Assembly: GCA_949739465.1 (NCBI GenBank)
Contig: CATIYQ010000065.1
Coordinates: forward strand, 1 to 35,737
DNA length: 35,737 nt
Origin: an uncultured Peptococcaceae bacterium
GTDB lineage: Bacteria > Bacillota > Dehalobacteriia > UBA4068 > JAAVYR01
Reading direction: 5' to 3'
The notes under the pieces: model-generated
Told to the model about the DNA's origin: nothing
Databases searched by the model: none
Seen by the model: only the letters and a program-made list of their open reading frames with translations
Position numbers and translations under genes: made by a program
Shown: positions 1-8,034 of the stretch, piece after piece
Layout of the letters: each line of letters opens with the position of its first letter
How positions within the stretch are numbered: position 1 is the first letter of the stretch

Positions 1-251
1 AGCAAAAAGTTATGACCAATCACCTGCACCAGTTCGCTCTTTGTAGCGTCCGCAACTGCTGCAGCCAGCGTATCCACAGATTCTGCAGCATTGTTTAACA
101 CCCGTACTTTGATGAGCTCCCGTACTTCTAAGGTATCAACGATTTGCTTTATCATATTTTCATTGATACCACCTTTGCCGATTTGAAAGATAGGTGACAT
201 CTCCACAGCTAAACTTCGCAAATACCGTTTTTGTTTTCCTTTTAATATCAC
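1..251 (-). CDS. yhbY: Ribosome-assembly RNA-binding protein YhbY/YqeI (CRM domain); C-terminal part cut by window edge
   Basis: Minus-strand translation from GTG at 249-251 gives (M)ILKGKQKRYLRSLAVEMSPIFQIGKGGINENMIKQIVDTLEVRELIKVRVLNNAAES...LVQVIGHNFLL. This closely parallels B. subtilis YqeI (GKQKRFLRS...IFQIGKGGVNDNMIKQI...ARELIKV). AGGAG lies at 261-265, 9 nt upstream. The ORF is absent from the track because it is truncated. Confidence 0.85.
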   Translation of the reverse strand, partial: MILKGKQKRYLRSLAVEMSPIFQIGKGGINENMIKQIVDTLEVRELIKVRVLNNAAESVDTLAAAVADATKSELVQVIGHNFL

Positions 252-269
252 TTAGGTATACTCCTTTAA

Positions 270-1337
270 TTAATTTAACGTACCTAATATGCCGGGTCCT
301 GACACATTGCTAACATTGCGGAAGGAAGTGTCTACCGTCCATTTTGCAGCCAAAGCTAATACAACAGCCTCATCAATGACTTGATTACCATAGACCGCTT
401 CTAAGCTGCGGAGAAGGGCCGCCTCCGTATTGGTCATGTCGCCCCATTCCCAGAAAACTTCGTTTTCCTTGCCGGAATAAGCATACGCACGCTCCACTTC
501 TCCCTTATCCGCTTTAATCCACGCCTGATATTGGGCTTTCTGATGGGTACAGAAATAATATACCAAACCAAATTGCTCGCTGACTTCTTTCACCCATTTA
601 AAACCATCAATGGGATAATCCAAACCGACTTTCTTCAAAATAGACCGCCCAATGACTAACACCCACTCGCCAATAGGAGGCGTAACAAAAACACTGCCGT
701 CGTTTTGAGTAGACGCCGCTAAACCGCTTTGCCAATCACAGGAACGCGTATTCTCTATTTCTAAAATATCTGCAACTTCCTTCATATGCTTGGCATGAAT
801 GGCAAGCCAACAAGTCTGGCTGCCAAAGGGCTGCGGCGCATTTTTGGAAAGAGGTCTTGCCGTTTTTTCTAACGGTTGGATAGGCGGTGCAGAAATAATC
901 ACCGGTTCAGGAACAGAAACGTCTGCTATTCTTTCTTCTCCCGGCGCGACAGCTGCTGCCGCTGCTTTTTCCACAGAGGACAGCAACGCCATATCAATAG
1001 GTTCTTCAGAAAAATCCCGTTCCTCTTTTTCCACCATTGGCATGACCAAGGTATTTTGCATAGTGTCCTTTAACGGCTGTTCCGCTCCTTCTTCCGGTTG
1101 GAAAAATCTGGTTTGCTCCAGTCCCCGGATCATGGTGCGGTCAAAACTGCCGCCGTCAAAATCATCTTCAGAAAAATTGCCATAGTATCGCTGCTTTGGC
1201 TGTTCTCCATAAGATTCTTCCCCGGAGACAGACTCCCACAGCACCCGCCGTCCATAACGCAGGTAGATAAGGGCAACCAACAATACCATGATTCCCATAA
1301 AAATCATACCTATATAATTCGGCAACATTATTTTCAT
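270..1337 (-). CDS. Hypothetical membrane-anchored protein (N-terminal TM helix, acidic/Pro/Ala-rich linker, unassigned Trp-rich C-terminal domain)
   Basis: 355-aa ORF. Hydrophobic segment IGMIFMGIMVLLVALIYL near the N-terminus. Low-complexity E/P/A-rich middle. Globular-looking last ~180 aa (CWLAIHAKHMKEV...GEWVLVIGRS...FWEWGD). No family recognised. Tightly packed between obg and yhbY with no terminator. Confidence 0.75.
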   Translation of the reverse strand: MKIMLPNYIGMIFMGIMVLLVALIYLRYGRRVLWESVSGEESYGEQPKQRYYGNFSEDDFDGGSFDRTMIRGLEQTRFFQPEEGAEQPLKDTMQNTLVMPMVEKEERDFSEEPIDMALLSSVEKAAAAAVAPGEERIADVSVPEPVIISAPPIQPLEKTARPLSKNAPQPFGSQTCWLAIHAKHMKEVADILEIENTRSCDWQSGLAASTQNDGSVFVTPPIGEWVLVIGRSILKKVGLDYPIDGFKWVKEVSEQFGLVYYFCTHQKAQYQAWIKADKGEVERAYAYSGKENEVFWEWGDMTNTEAALLRSLEAVYGNQVIDEAVVLALAAKWTVDTSFRNVSNVSGPGILGTLN

Positions 1338-1401
1338 TACATTTGCCCCACTTTCTATTCAAGATGAGCAACCTTACTTATCATAACAGCGCAATCAAAA
1401 A

Positions 1402-2673
1402 TTAATCTGAAAAATCAAATTCCCGTTTACCGATGACAACCGTATTGCCATGAACGACGCCGGCGTCCCTTAATGCCTGGTCTAAGCCCATTTTGGTCAT
1501 AATCCGCTGCAATCGCAGCATCGACTCGTCATGGTCAAAATTGGTCATAGCCACTAACTTTTCGATTTCTTCGCCCTTCACTTCCCACCAACCGTCGGCA
1601 AGTTGAGAAATCTGGAAAGGCTGTTCCTCTCTTACCTTCACCACACGGAGGTCCACTGTTTCCACTTCTTCTTCGGCAGGCAGCGTTTGCACCAGCTCAA
1701 AGGCTCGACGCATCAGCGGCTCTAAGCCCTCTCCCGTAATGGCAGAGACAGGATACACCTCGTATTTATCACTGACTTTCGCCAGCAATTTTTCTAAATT
1801 CTCAATAGATTCCGGTGAATCCATTTTGTTGGCGACAACTAACTGCGGACGTCTGCCAATGCTTTCTTTATACAGCTGCAATTCCTGGTTAATGGTATCA
1901 AAGGACACGCAAGGGTCTTTGCCGTCGAAGCCGGACATATCGACCACATGGAGAAGGATTTTCGTCCGTTCCACATGACGAAGGAAACGGTGACCAAGTC
2001 CTGCCCCACTGTGCGCCCCTTCAATAAGACCGGGTACGTCAGCAATAACAAAACTCTCACCGTCACCCATATCTACCACGCCTAAGTTAGGCTGGATGGT
2101 GGTGAAAGGATAATCAGCGATTTTCGGCTTAGAAGCGGATACCTTAGAAATAATGGTAGATTTTCCTGCGTTAGGCATACCCACCAACGCCACATCCGCC
2201 AAGAGTTTAAGTTCTAATTCCAACCACAACTCTTCCCCTGGCTCACCGTTTTCCGCGATTTGAGGCGCTTTGTTTTTTGCCGAGACGAAACGGGTATTAC
2301 CTCTGCCACCTCTGCCACCGTGGGCGACAACGACTTCTTGTCCTTCCACCGTAATGTCGGCAATGACTTCTTTAGTTTCCGCATTCCGCACTACCGTACC
2401 CAACGGCACCTTTACCCGCAAATCAGGCGCTTTCCGTCCATGCATGGTTTTACCCATACCATGTTCGCCCCGTTCCGCACGATAATGATGACGGCTCTTA
2501 AAGTCAATGAGGGTATGCATACCACCATTGCCGATAAAGACAATATCACCGCCTTTACCGCCGTCTCCACCACTGGGACCGCCGTAAGGCACATATTTTT
2601 CACGACGAAAGGCGACTACGCCATTGCCGCCGTCCCCGCCCTTTACATATATCTTGGAATAATCGTAAAACAT
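1402..2673 (-). CDS. obg: GTPase Obg/CgtA
   Basis: 423 aa. N-terminal Gly-rich Obg fold (KGGDGGNGVVAFRREKYVPYGGPSGGDGGKGGDIVF). G1 GMPNAGKST, G3 DVPGLIEGA, NKMD. C-terminal OCT/TGS-like tail. GGAGG 5 nt upstream of the ATG. Confidence 0.97.
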   Translation of the reverse strand: MFYDYSKIYVKGGDGGNGVVAFRREKYVPYGGPSGGDGGKGGDIVFIGNGGMHTLIDFKSRHHYRAERGEHGMGKTMHGRKAPDLRVKVPLGTVVRNAETKEVIADITVEGQEVVVAHGGRGGRGNTRFVSAKNKAPQIAENGEPGEELWLELELKLLADVALVGMPNAGKSTIISKVSASKPKIADYPFTTIQPNLGVVDMGDGESFVIADVPGLIEGAHSGAGLGHRFLRHVERTKILLHVVDMSGFDGKDPCVSFDTINQELQLYKESIGRRPQLVVANKMDSPESIENLEKLLAKVSDKYEVYPVSAITGEGLEPLMRRAFELVQTLPAEEEVETVDLRVVKVREEQPFQISQLADGWWEVKGEEIEKLVAMTNFDHDESMLRLQRIMTKMGLDQALRDAGVVHGNTVVIGKREFDFSD

Positions 2674-2805
2674 AAATCCTCCTTAAACCCCGACAAAACT
2701 TTGCTTTCATCTCTGTTTTTGCCAAGATTTTATCTTGTTATGTATTCGCCGTAAAAAAATAATTTCCTATATAATTTTCTATTATAGAAGAAAAATTTTA
2801 GCATT

Positions 2806-2832
2806 AAAAAAAGCCGGGATATTCCCGGCTTT
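2806..2832 (-). terminator. Intrinsic terminator after rpmA
   Basis: Stem AGCCGGG (2812-2818) / CCCGGCT (2824-2830), 5-nt loop. Followed on the minus strand by a 7-T run (complement of A2806-2812). It lies 15 nt past the rpmA stop. Confidence 0.75.
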
Positions 2833-2846
2833 CTCTCAACAATATA

Positions 2847-3113
2847 TTACACTGCTGGACTTTCAGCATATACGGATACTTTTTTCTTGTATTTATCTTT
2901 CCGTTCGAATTTTACATATCCGTCAACAGTAGCGAATAACGTATCGTCTTTGCCCAAGCCAACATTATTGCCGGGATGGTATTTGGTACCGCGTTGACGA
3001 ACTAAAATGCTACCGGAAGTAACAAATTGACCGTCATGACGTTTAATCCCTAAGCGTTTGGATTCACTATCGCGACCGTTCCGGGAACTACCGCCTGCCT
3101 TCTTATGTGCCAT
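2847..3113 (-). CDS. rpmA: 50S ribosomal protein L27
   Basis: 88 aa starting [25 protein letters not shown], the canonical L27 N-terminus. GGAGGTGGGAGG lies upstream. Confidence 0.97.
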   Translation of the reverse strand: MAHKKAGGSSRNGRDSESKRLGIKRHDGQFVTSGSILVRQRGTKYHPGNNVGLGKDDTLFATVDGYVKFERKDKYKKKVSVYAESPAV

Positions 3114-3165
3114 TACCTCCCACCTCCTTGTTTCTTAAACTTTTATTTTCCTCATTGGCTCGCTA

Positions 3166-3477
3166 TTAAGCGAGAATTTTTTCGATTTGAACTTTTGTAA
3201 ACGGTTGACGATGACCGTTTTTCTTACGAATGTTCTTCTTTGGTTTGTAGTGGAAAACGATGACTTTTTTGCCTTTGCCATGTTCCAATACTTTGAGAAC
3301 AACTTTTGCGCCGGCAACTACAGGAGAACCAACTTTGATGTTTTCTCCTTCGCCCACAGCCAAAACTCGGTCGATTTCTACGGTAGAATCAACATCAGCA
3401 GTAAGAAGTTCTACGTTGATTACGTCGCCTTCCGATACCCGATATTGTTTTCCGCCTGTTTCGATGATTGCGTACAT
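3166..3477 (-). CDS. rplU: 50S ribosomal protein L21
   Basis: 103 aa starting [20 protein letters not shown], the canonical L21. GGAGGTG Shine-Dalgarno at 3482-3488. Confidence 0.97.
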   Translation of the reverse strand: MYAIIETGGKQYRVSEGDVINVELLTADVDSTVEIDRVLAVGEGENIKVGSPVVAGAKVVLKVLEHGKGKKVIVFHYKPKKNIRKKNGHRQPFTKVQIEKILA

Positions 3478-3566
3478 ATGGCACCTCCTATCGCTAAAGA
3501 CTCATTTCGCTCAGGTGGCATTGCTCATGCGCTTCTAACCCGGCAAATATGGTTTTAAAACACAAC
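3478..3566 (-). promoter_or_regulatory. Candidate rplU 5' leader (L21-leader-like) with anti-SD pairing
   Basis: About 88-nt untranslated leader between the predicted promoter and the rplU ATG. CACCU (complement of 3513-3517) can pair with the AGGUG of the SD (3482-3486). A small GCAU/AUGC hairpin lies upstream. Ribosomal-protein leaders upstream of rplU are known in Firmicutes, but I could not run a covariance model. Confidence 0.4.
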
Positions 3567-3572
3567 AAGAGT

Positions 3573-3601
3573 ATATTACCATACCAGGGAAGTCTTGTCA
3601 A
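3573..3601 (-). promoter_or_regulatory. Sigma-70/SigA-type promoter for rplU-rpmA
   Basis: Minus strand reads TTGACA (3596-3601), 17 nt, TAATAT (3573-3578). Confidence 0.7.
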
Positions 3602-3639
3602 CGAAAATCCCAGCTGAATCCTAAAATTTTTACGAGATG

Positions 3640-5331
3640 CTACTTTTCGATAATATGAGCAAAGCAATGGGTTTTGAATCCGTTATCAATTTCAATCCAT
3701 TTCTTCTGTCCTACATATTTTGCGCCGTCCGTCACCACCACGACAAAGCCGTAGATACGTGCCACACCGTCATTGGGATTGTCCTCGTTTGGTTCTAATA
3801 TCTTCACATGGAGTTTTTCTCCTACCCGAACGGGCGCTATCACTTGTTCCGGATTTTCATCGTCATGATAAGCGCGAATCAGGATATCGTCCATTTTTTG
3901 CCCAACAGCCCCTTTTACCAAGACTTTTTTATCCAAATGCTTTTGCCACTCTGCCAAGTTTTGCCCCGACGGACCAATAAGATAAGAGGCGACGGCAGGA
4001 TTTACCTCAATGAGAATCCCGTCTCCCTCCGTCTCGCCAATGATTTGGGAGACTTCCTTATGAACACGCTGACTAACGATATTTTCATGAACCACTTTAC
4101 CCTTGCCTTCACAAAAAGGACATTCCCGCTCCATCAGCCCGGTAAGTCCCATAGACGCCTTTTTCCGCGTCATTTCCAAAAGTCCTAACTGGGTAAACCC
4201 TAAAATACTGGTTCTGGTACGGTCTTTCTTCAGCTCTTGTTCTAAGGCTTCTACTACTTGCTCCTTATCACTGTAGGTATCCATGTCGATAAAGTCGATG
4301 ATGATGATACCGCCAATATTTCTTAACCGCAGCTGACGAGCGATTTCTTTCGCTGCCTCAATATTGGCAAGGACCACCGTTTCTTCCAGATTATTCTTAC
4401 CAACAAACTTGCCTGTATTCACATCAACAACGGTAAGCGCTTCCGTTTGGTCGATGATAAGATAACCGCCGCATTTCAACCATACTTTTCGCTGCAACGC
4501 TTTTTGCAGTTGGGCGTCAATATCATAGAGAGCGAAAATATCCTGATTTTCCCGCAAACAAATTTTCCCGCTATACTCCGGCAGTTGACAGGCAATTAAG
4601 TCCGTAATTTTTTCTTTAACCTCTTTACTGTCGGTCCAAATGATTTCCACTTCTTCTGAGCAAATATCCCGAACGGTCCGCTCTAAAAGCCCCAAATCAT
4701 GGTGAACCAGGGAGACAGGCTTTACCTTTTTCGCCCGCTGTTGGATTTCCTGCCACAATGCCGTCAAGAAACGAATATCTCCAGCCAGCTCCGCCTCGCT
4801 AATACCCTCCGCCGCAGTGCGCACAATAAAACCAATGTTATCCTGCACCAGCGGCAAAGAAATATCCCTGAGTCGTTGCCGCTCCTCTTCAGTCTGGATA
4901 CGGCGAGAAATGCCGATATGCCCTACCCCCGGCATAAGGACCGCATATCTGCCGGGCAGCGTAATATGAGTCGTTACCCGAGCGCCTTTTGTACCCACCG
5001 GTTCTTTGACGATTTGCACCAAGATATCTTGTCCCTTTTTTAATACGGTAGAGATATTAGGCAGTTCCCCACCATTTTTCATACCCTCGCCATATTCGTT
5101 GATATGTTTCGGCACAGCATCCTCCACATAGAGAAAGCAGTTTTTACTCAGCCCGATATTGACAAAAGCCGCCTGCATACCGGGAAGTACGTTTTCCACC
5201 TTGCCCTTATAGATTCGCCCTAAGAGCTGACGCCGTTCCCGCTGTTCAAAATAGATTTCGCTCAGTTGTTGGTTTTCTACCAGCGCAACGCCGATGCTAT
5301 CTTCATCTTGTTGGATTAAAATTTCCTTCAT
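3640..5331 (-). CDS. rng: Ribonuclease G/E family endoribonuclease (Rne/Rng) with C-terminal beta-rich extension
   Basis: S1 domain (GRIYKGKVENVLPGMQAAFVNIGL). Catalytic core motifs (IIIDFIDM, LGLLEMTRKK, CPFCEGKG zinc link). Start moved to the ATG at 5331 (MKEILIQQ...), which has GGAGGG 5 nt upstream. The track ATG at 5361 lies only 7 nt from the upstream stop and has no RBS. Confidence 0.9.
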   Translation of the reverse strand: MKEILIQQDEDSIGVALVENQQLSEIYFEQRERRQLLGRIYKGKVENVLPGMQAAFVNIGLSKNCFLYVEDAVPKHINEYGEGMKNGGELPNISTVLKKGQDILVQIVKEPVGTKGARVTTHITLPGRYAVLMPGVGHIGISRRIQTEEERQRLRDISLPLVQDNIGFIVRTAAEGISEAELAGDIRFLTALWQEIQQRAKKVKPVSLVHHDLGLLERTVRDICSEEVEIIWTDSKEVKEKITDLIACQLPEYSGKICLRENQDIFALYDIDAQLQKALQRKVWLKCGGYLIIDQTEALTVVDVNTGKFVGKNNLEETVVLANIEAAKEIARQLRLRNIGGIIIIDFIDMDTYSDKEQVVEALEQELKKDRTRTSILGFTQLGLLEMTRKKASMGLTGLMERECPFCEGKGKVVHENIVSQRVHKEVSQIIGETEGDGILIEVNPAVASYLIGPSGQNLAEWQKHLDKKVLVKGAVGQKMDDILIRAYHDDENPEQVIAPVRVGEKLHVKILEPNEDNPNDGVARIYGFVVVVTDGAKYVGQKKWIEIDNGFKTHCFAHIIEK

Positions 5332-5368
5332 GGTTTCCCTCCACGGTTTTTCTGTCCGCACCTTTTGT

Positions 5369-6010
5369 TTAAGGTCTTACACCATCAGCGCGCAACAAAT
5401 CCGTCCGTAACATCCGTGTAGCTTCTTCTCTGGCTATCCCAAGGCAGGATAATACCTCTTCCGGTCTCACATGACCGGAGTTACCGGCCAGAAGCTGCAT
5501 AAAGAACTTCTCACCGTCCCAATCCAGAGCAAAGATACCGGGACGAAGATTTACCGTTTTATCTCCCTTAGGACTGGTCTTAAGATAAGGAATTTCTTCC
5601 TTTGCCAATAGTTCTTCTATCCGCTGAGAGATATTTCCTGTTGCAGCAGAATCAACCCATACATTGTAATTCGCCATGGAGATTAAAGCGGTAATGGACT
5701 TCTCTCCCACTTCAATGGACTTTACTTCTTCTAAGCTAATTCCTTCCGGCAGCGCAGCAGAAAGTTTTCTGCTAAAATCATCTAGATCCATATCCTGCTG
5801 CAATTCCACATCAAAATATTCCCGTAAGCTCTCTACCCCCACCGGTCTTGCCGGACCAAAGGCAATCTTCGTATGAGGATTAAAGCCTTGAGACATAGCA
5901 ACAGGGATTTTTGCCCGCCGTAAAATACGCTGCCAAGCCTGTAATAAATCTAAATGAGAAAGGAAGCTGATATTGCCTTGGATGCTGTAACAGCAACGAA
6001 AGATACTCAT
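5369..6010 (-). CDS. Radical-SAM-associated protein, DUF2344/TIGR03936-like
   Basis: 213 aa. N-terminus FLSHLDLLQAWQRILRRAKIPVAMSQGFNPHTKIAFGPARPVGVES is the pattern I recognise for the DUF2344 family. That family accompanies or is fused to the upstream radical SAM enzyme. ATGA start/stop overlap with that gene (6007-6010). Confidence 0.8.
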   Translation of the reverse strand: MSIFRCCYSIQGNISFLSHLDLLQAWQRILRRAKIPVAMSQGFNPHTKIAFGPARPVGVESLREYFDVELQQDMDLDDFSRKLSAALPEGISLEEVKSIEVGEKSITALISMANYNVWVDSAATGNISQRIEELLAKEEIPYLKTSPKGDKTVNLRPGIFALDWDGEKFFMQLLAGNSGHVRPEEVLSCLGIAREEATRMLRTDLLRADGVRP

Positions 6011-7875
6011 TTGCCCGCTCCTTTCAAGTCGTTATCTACCCCCAGCTTTTGGCAAACACCGCAGCCGCTGCACGGATTATGGCGGCAGTCGGCAGTCAGC
6101 TCTTCCGCCAACGCCTTTTGCCATTCATGCCAGAGCCATTTTTCACTAGCGCCGCAGGAAAGATGTTGCCAGGGCAACACCTCGTCTTTGCCCATTTCCC
6201 GATAGGCGAAAAACTCCGGCGTATAGCCACAGGCAGCAAAAGCCTCCAGCCAAGTCTGATATTTGAAATGCTCCGTCCAACCGTCAAATTTGCAACCTAA
6301 TTGCCAAGCCTTCAGTAACACTTGTCCCAGCCGCCGGTCTCCACGAGAAAACGCCGCCTCTAAAAAGCTCACCTCCGACTGATGATAGTTGAGAGAGAGA
6401 TTCTTATATTGTTTCGCCCGCTCCTTGAGATAATGTTGTTTTTCCTTTAATTCTGCCAGCGTATTTTGCCCGAACCACTGAAAAGGCGTATGGCTTTTGG
6501 GCACAAAGGAAGAAACGCTAACCGATACCTTTAACGGTTTATGAATTCCCTTTTCCCGAGCAATTGCTTTACCGTTTTCCAATACTTTTACCGCTAAATC
6601 AATAATGCCGTCTAAATCCTCTTTGGTTTCTGTTGGCAGTCCAATCATAAAATACAGCTTGATTTGGGTCCAGCCTTGAGAAAAAGCAGCTTTGGTAGCA
6701 GTGAGAACGTGTTCCTCCGTTACCCCCTTGTTGATAACGTTACGCATTCTTTGCGTACCCGCTTCCGGCGCAAAGGTTAAACCGCTCTTCCGCACCTTTT
6801 GCACCTTTTCCGCCAAATCTACGGAAAAAGCATCTACCCGTAGAGAAGGCAGAGACACGCCTACCCCGTCTTCACTGTAACGGTCCAACAGCTCACCGAT
6901 GAGTTCATTGACACAGCTGTAATCCGCCGTCGACAGGGACATGACGCCGATTTCCTCATAACCGCTACTTTCCAGCAAAGCGTCTGCTTGCTCTATGAGC
7001 TTGGCGACAGTTTTTTCCCTTACGGGACGATAAATCACCCCTGCCTGACAAAAACGGCAGCCTCTGGTACAGCCCCGCATCACTTCTAAAACAAGCCGGT
7101 CATGGACCACTTGGGTCAGCGGCACTAAATCTTTATCCGGGTATATTGCCAAATCCATATCAGGTAACACCCGTTTATAAACAACAGCAGGCGCACCTGC
7201 CAGCGGTCGGATTTCACCAATGGTTCCGTCTTCCAGATAAGTCACCTGATACAGGCTGGGCACATAGATGCCGGGAATTTGCGCAGCCCGCGCCAGAAAA
7301 TCACGTTTGCTTTCTCCCGCGGCTTTGCTTTGTTCATAAGCCTCTAATAATTCCGGCAACAGTTCTTCCCCTTCGCCCAGCATAAATAAATCAAAAAAGT
7401 CAGCGATAGGCTCAGGATTAAAAGCCCCCGGTCCGCCTGCTACCACCAGAGGTCCTTCTTTTCTGTCTTTCGCTAGGAGCGGAATCCCCGCTAAATCCAG
7501 CATATTGAGAATATTGCTATAACTCATCTCATATTGCAAGGTAAAGCCCACCACGTCAAGGTCTGCCACAGCATGTCCGCTTTCCCAGGTAAAAAGGGGA
7601 ATCTGTTTTTTTCGCATTTGTTCTTCCATATCCACTAAGGGCGCAAAGCTCCGTTCCAAGAGAAAACGGGGACAACTGTTTACCACATGATACAAAATAC
7701 GCATACCCACAAAAGACATCCCAATTTCGTAAGTATCAGGAAATAAAAACGCCATTTTCACCGTGGCGTTGTCCCAATCCTTCACGGTTTGGTTATATTC
7801 ACCGCCGATATATTGCCCAGGACGAGTCACGAAGGGCAATAATTCGCGGGTAATTCGTTCCTTTAATACGACCAT
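6007..7875 (-). CDS. B12-binding-domain radical SAM protein (TIGR03960-like)
   Basis: 622 aa. CxxxCxxC cluster motif in MRGCTRGCRFCQAG. N-terminal Rossmann-like B12-binding-type region. C-terminal Cys-rich tail (CRHNPCSGCGVC). AGGAGG 6 nt upstream of the ATG. Confidence 0.88.
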   Translation of the reverse strand: MVVLKERITRELLPFVTRPGQYIGGEYNQTVKDWDNATVKMAFLFPDTYEIGMSFVGMRILYHVVNSCPRFLLERSFAPLVDMEEQMRKKQIPLFTWESGHAVADLDVVGFTLQYEMSYSNILNMLDLAGIPLLAKDRKEGPLVVAGGPGAFNPEPIADFFDLFMLGEGEELLPELLEAYEQSKAAGESKRDFLARAAQIPGIYVPSLYQVTYLEDGTIGEIRPLAGAPAVVYKRVLPDMDLAIYPDKDLVPLTQVVHDRLVLEVMRGCTRGCRFCQAGVIYRPVREKTVAKLIEQADALLESSGYEEIGVMSLSTADYSCVNELIGELLDRYSEDGVGVSLPSLRVDAFSVDLAEKVQKVRKSGLTFAPEAGTQRMRNVINKGVTEEHVLTATKAAFSQGWTQIKLYFMIGLPTETKEDLDGIIDLAVKVLENGKAIAREKGIHKPLKVSVSVSSFVPKSHTPFQWFGQNTLAELKEKQHYLKERAKQYKNLSLNYHQSEVSFLEAAFSRGDRRLGQVLLKAWQLGCKFDGWTEHFKYQTWLEAFAACGYTPEFFAYREMGKDEVLPWQHLSCGASEKWLWHEWQKALAEELTADCRHNPCSGCGVCQKLGVDNDLKGAGK

Positions 7876-7970
7876 TTACGGTCCTCCTATACCTATAATT
7901 ATTATTTTCAGACTGGATTATCAAATCATAAAACGATATTAAATTCCTCTTTTACCTCTGAAAATCCTCT

Positions 7971-8010
7971 AAAAATAAAAACAAAACCTGAAATGTTTTT
8001 CTTTCAGGTT
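7971..8010 (-). terminator. Intrinsic terminator after the LytM-like gene (symmetrical, could act on both strands)
   Basis: Stem AACCTGAAA (7985-7993) / TTTCAGGTT (8002-8010), 8-nt loop. The minus strand follows with TTGTTTTTATTTTT. A T-run also follows on the plus side. Confidence 0.65.
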
Positions 8011-8034
8011 CTGTTTTTTAACACATCATTCTAT

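Noticed and set aside
2260-2754. 164-aa plus-strand ORF antisense to obg. Similar long antisense ORFs occur at 18601-19107, 10444-10890, 24255-24692, 14517-14918 and 3187-3558.
   Set aside because: Each lies wholly inside a minus-strand gene with an unmistakable conserved product. Their translations are low complexity (S/T/F/L/R-rich), they lack an RBS, and they show no family resemblance. They are typical shadow ORFs.
5332-5361. Longer N-terminal extensions proposed by the ORF track. These are RNase G 5361, valS 21039, feoA 25342, clpP 31976, the DtxR-family gene 25634 and minC 11688.
   Set aside because: In each case an internal ATG is preceded by a good Shine-Dalgarno at 5-10 nt and gives the family-typical N-terminus. 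The extensions overlap upstream genes, terminators or promoter elements.
7876-7970. Promoter for the radical SAM operon (TTGATA followed 17-20 nt later by TAATTA/TATAGG-like hexamers).
   Set aside because: No hexamer at proper spacing approaches TATAAT, and the region is generally AT-rich. I left it uncalled.
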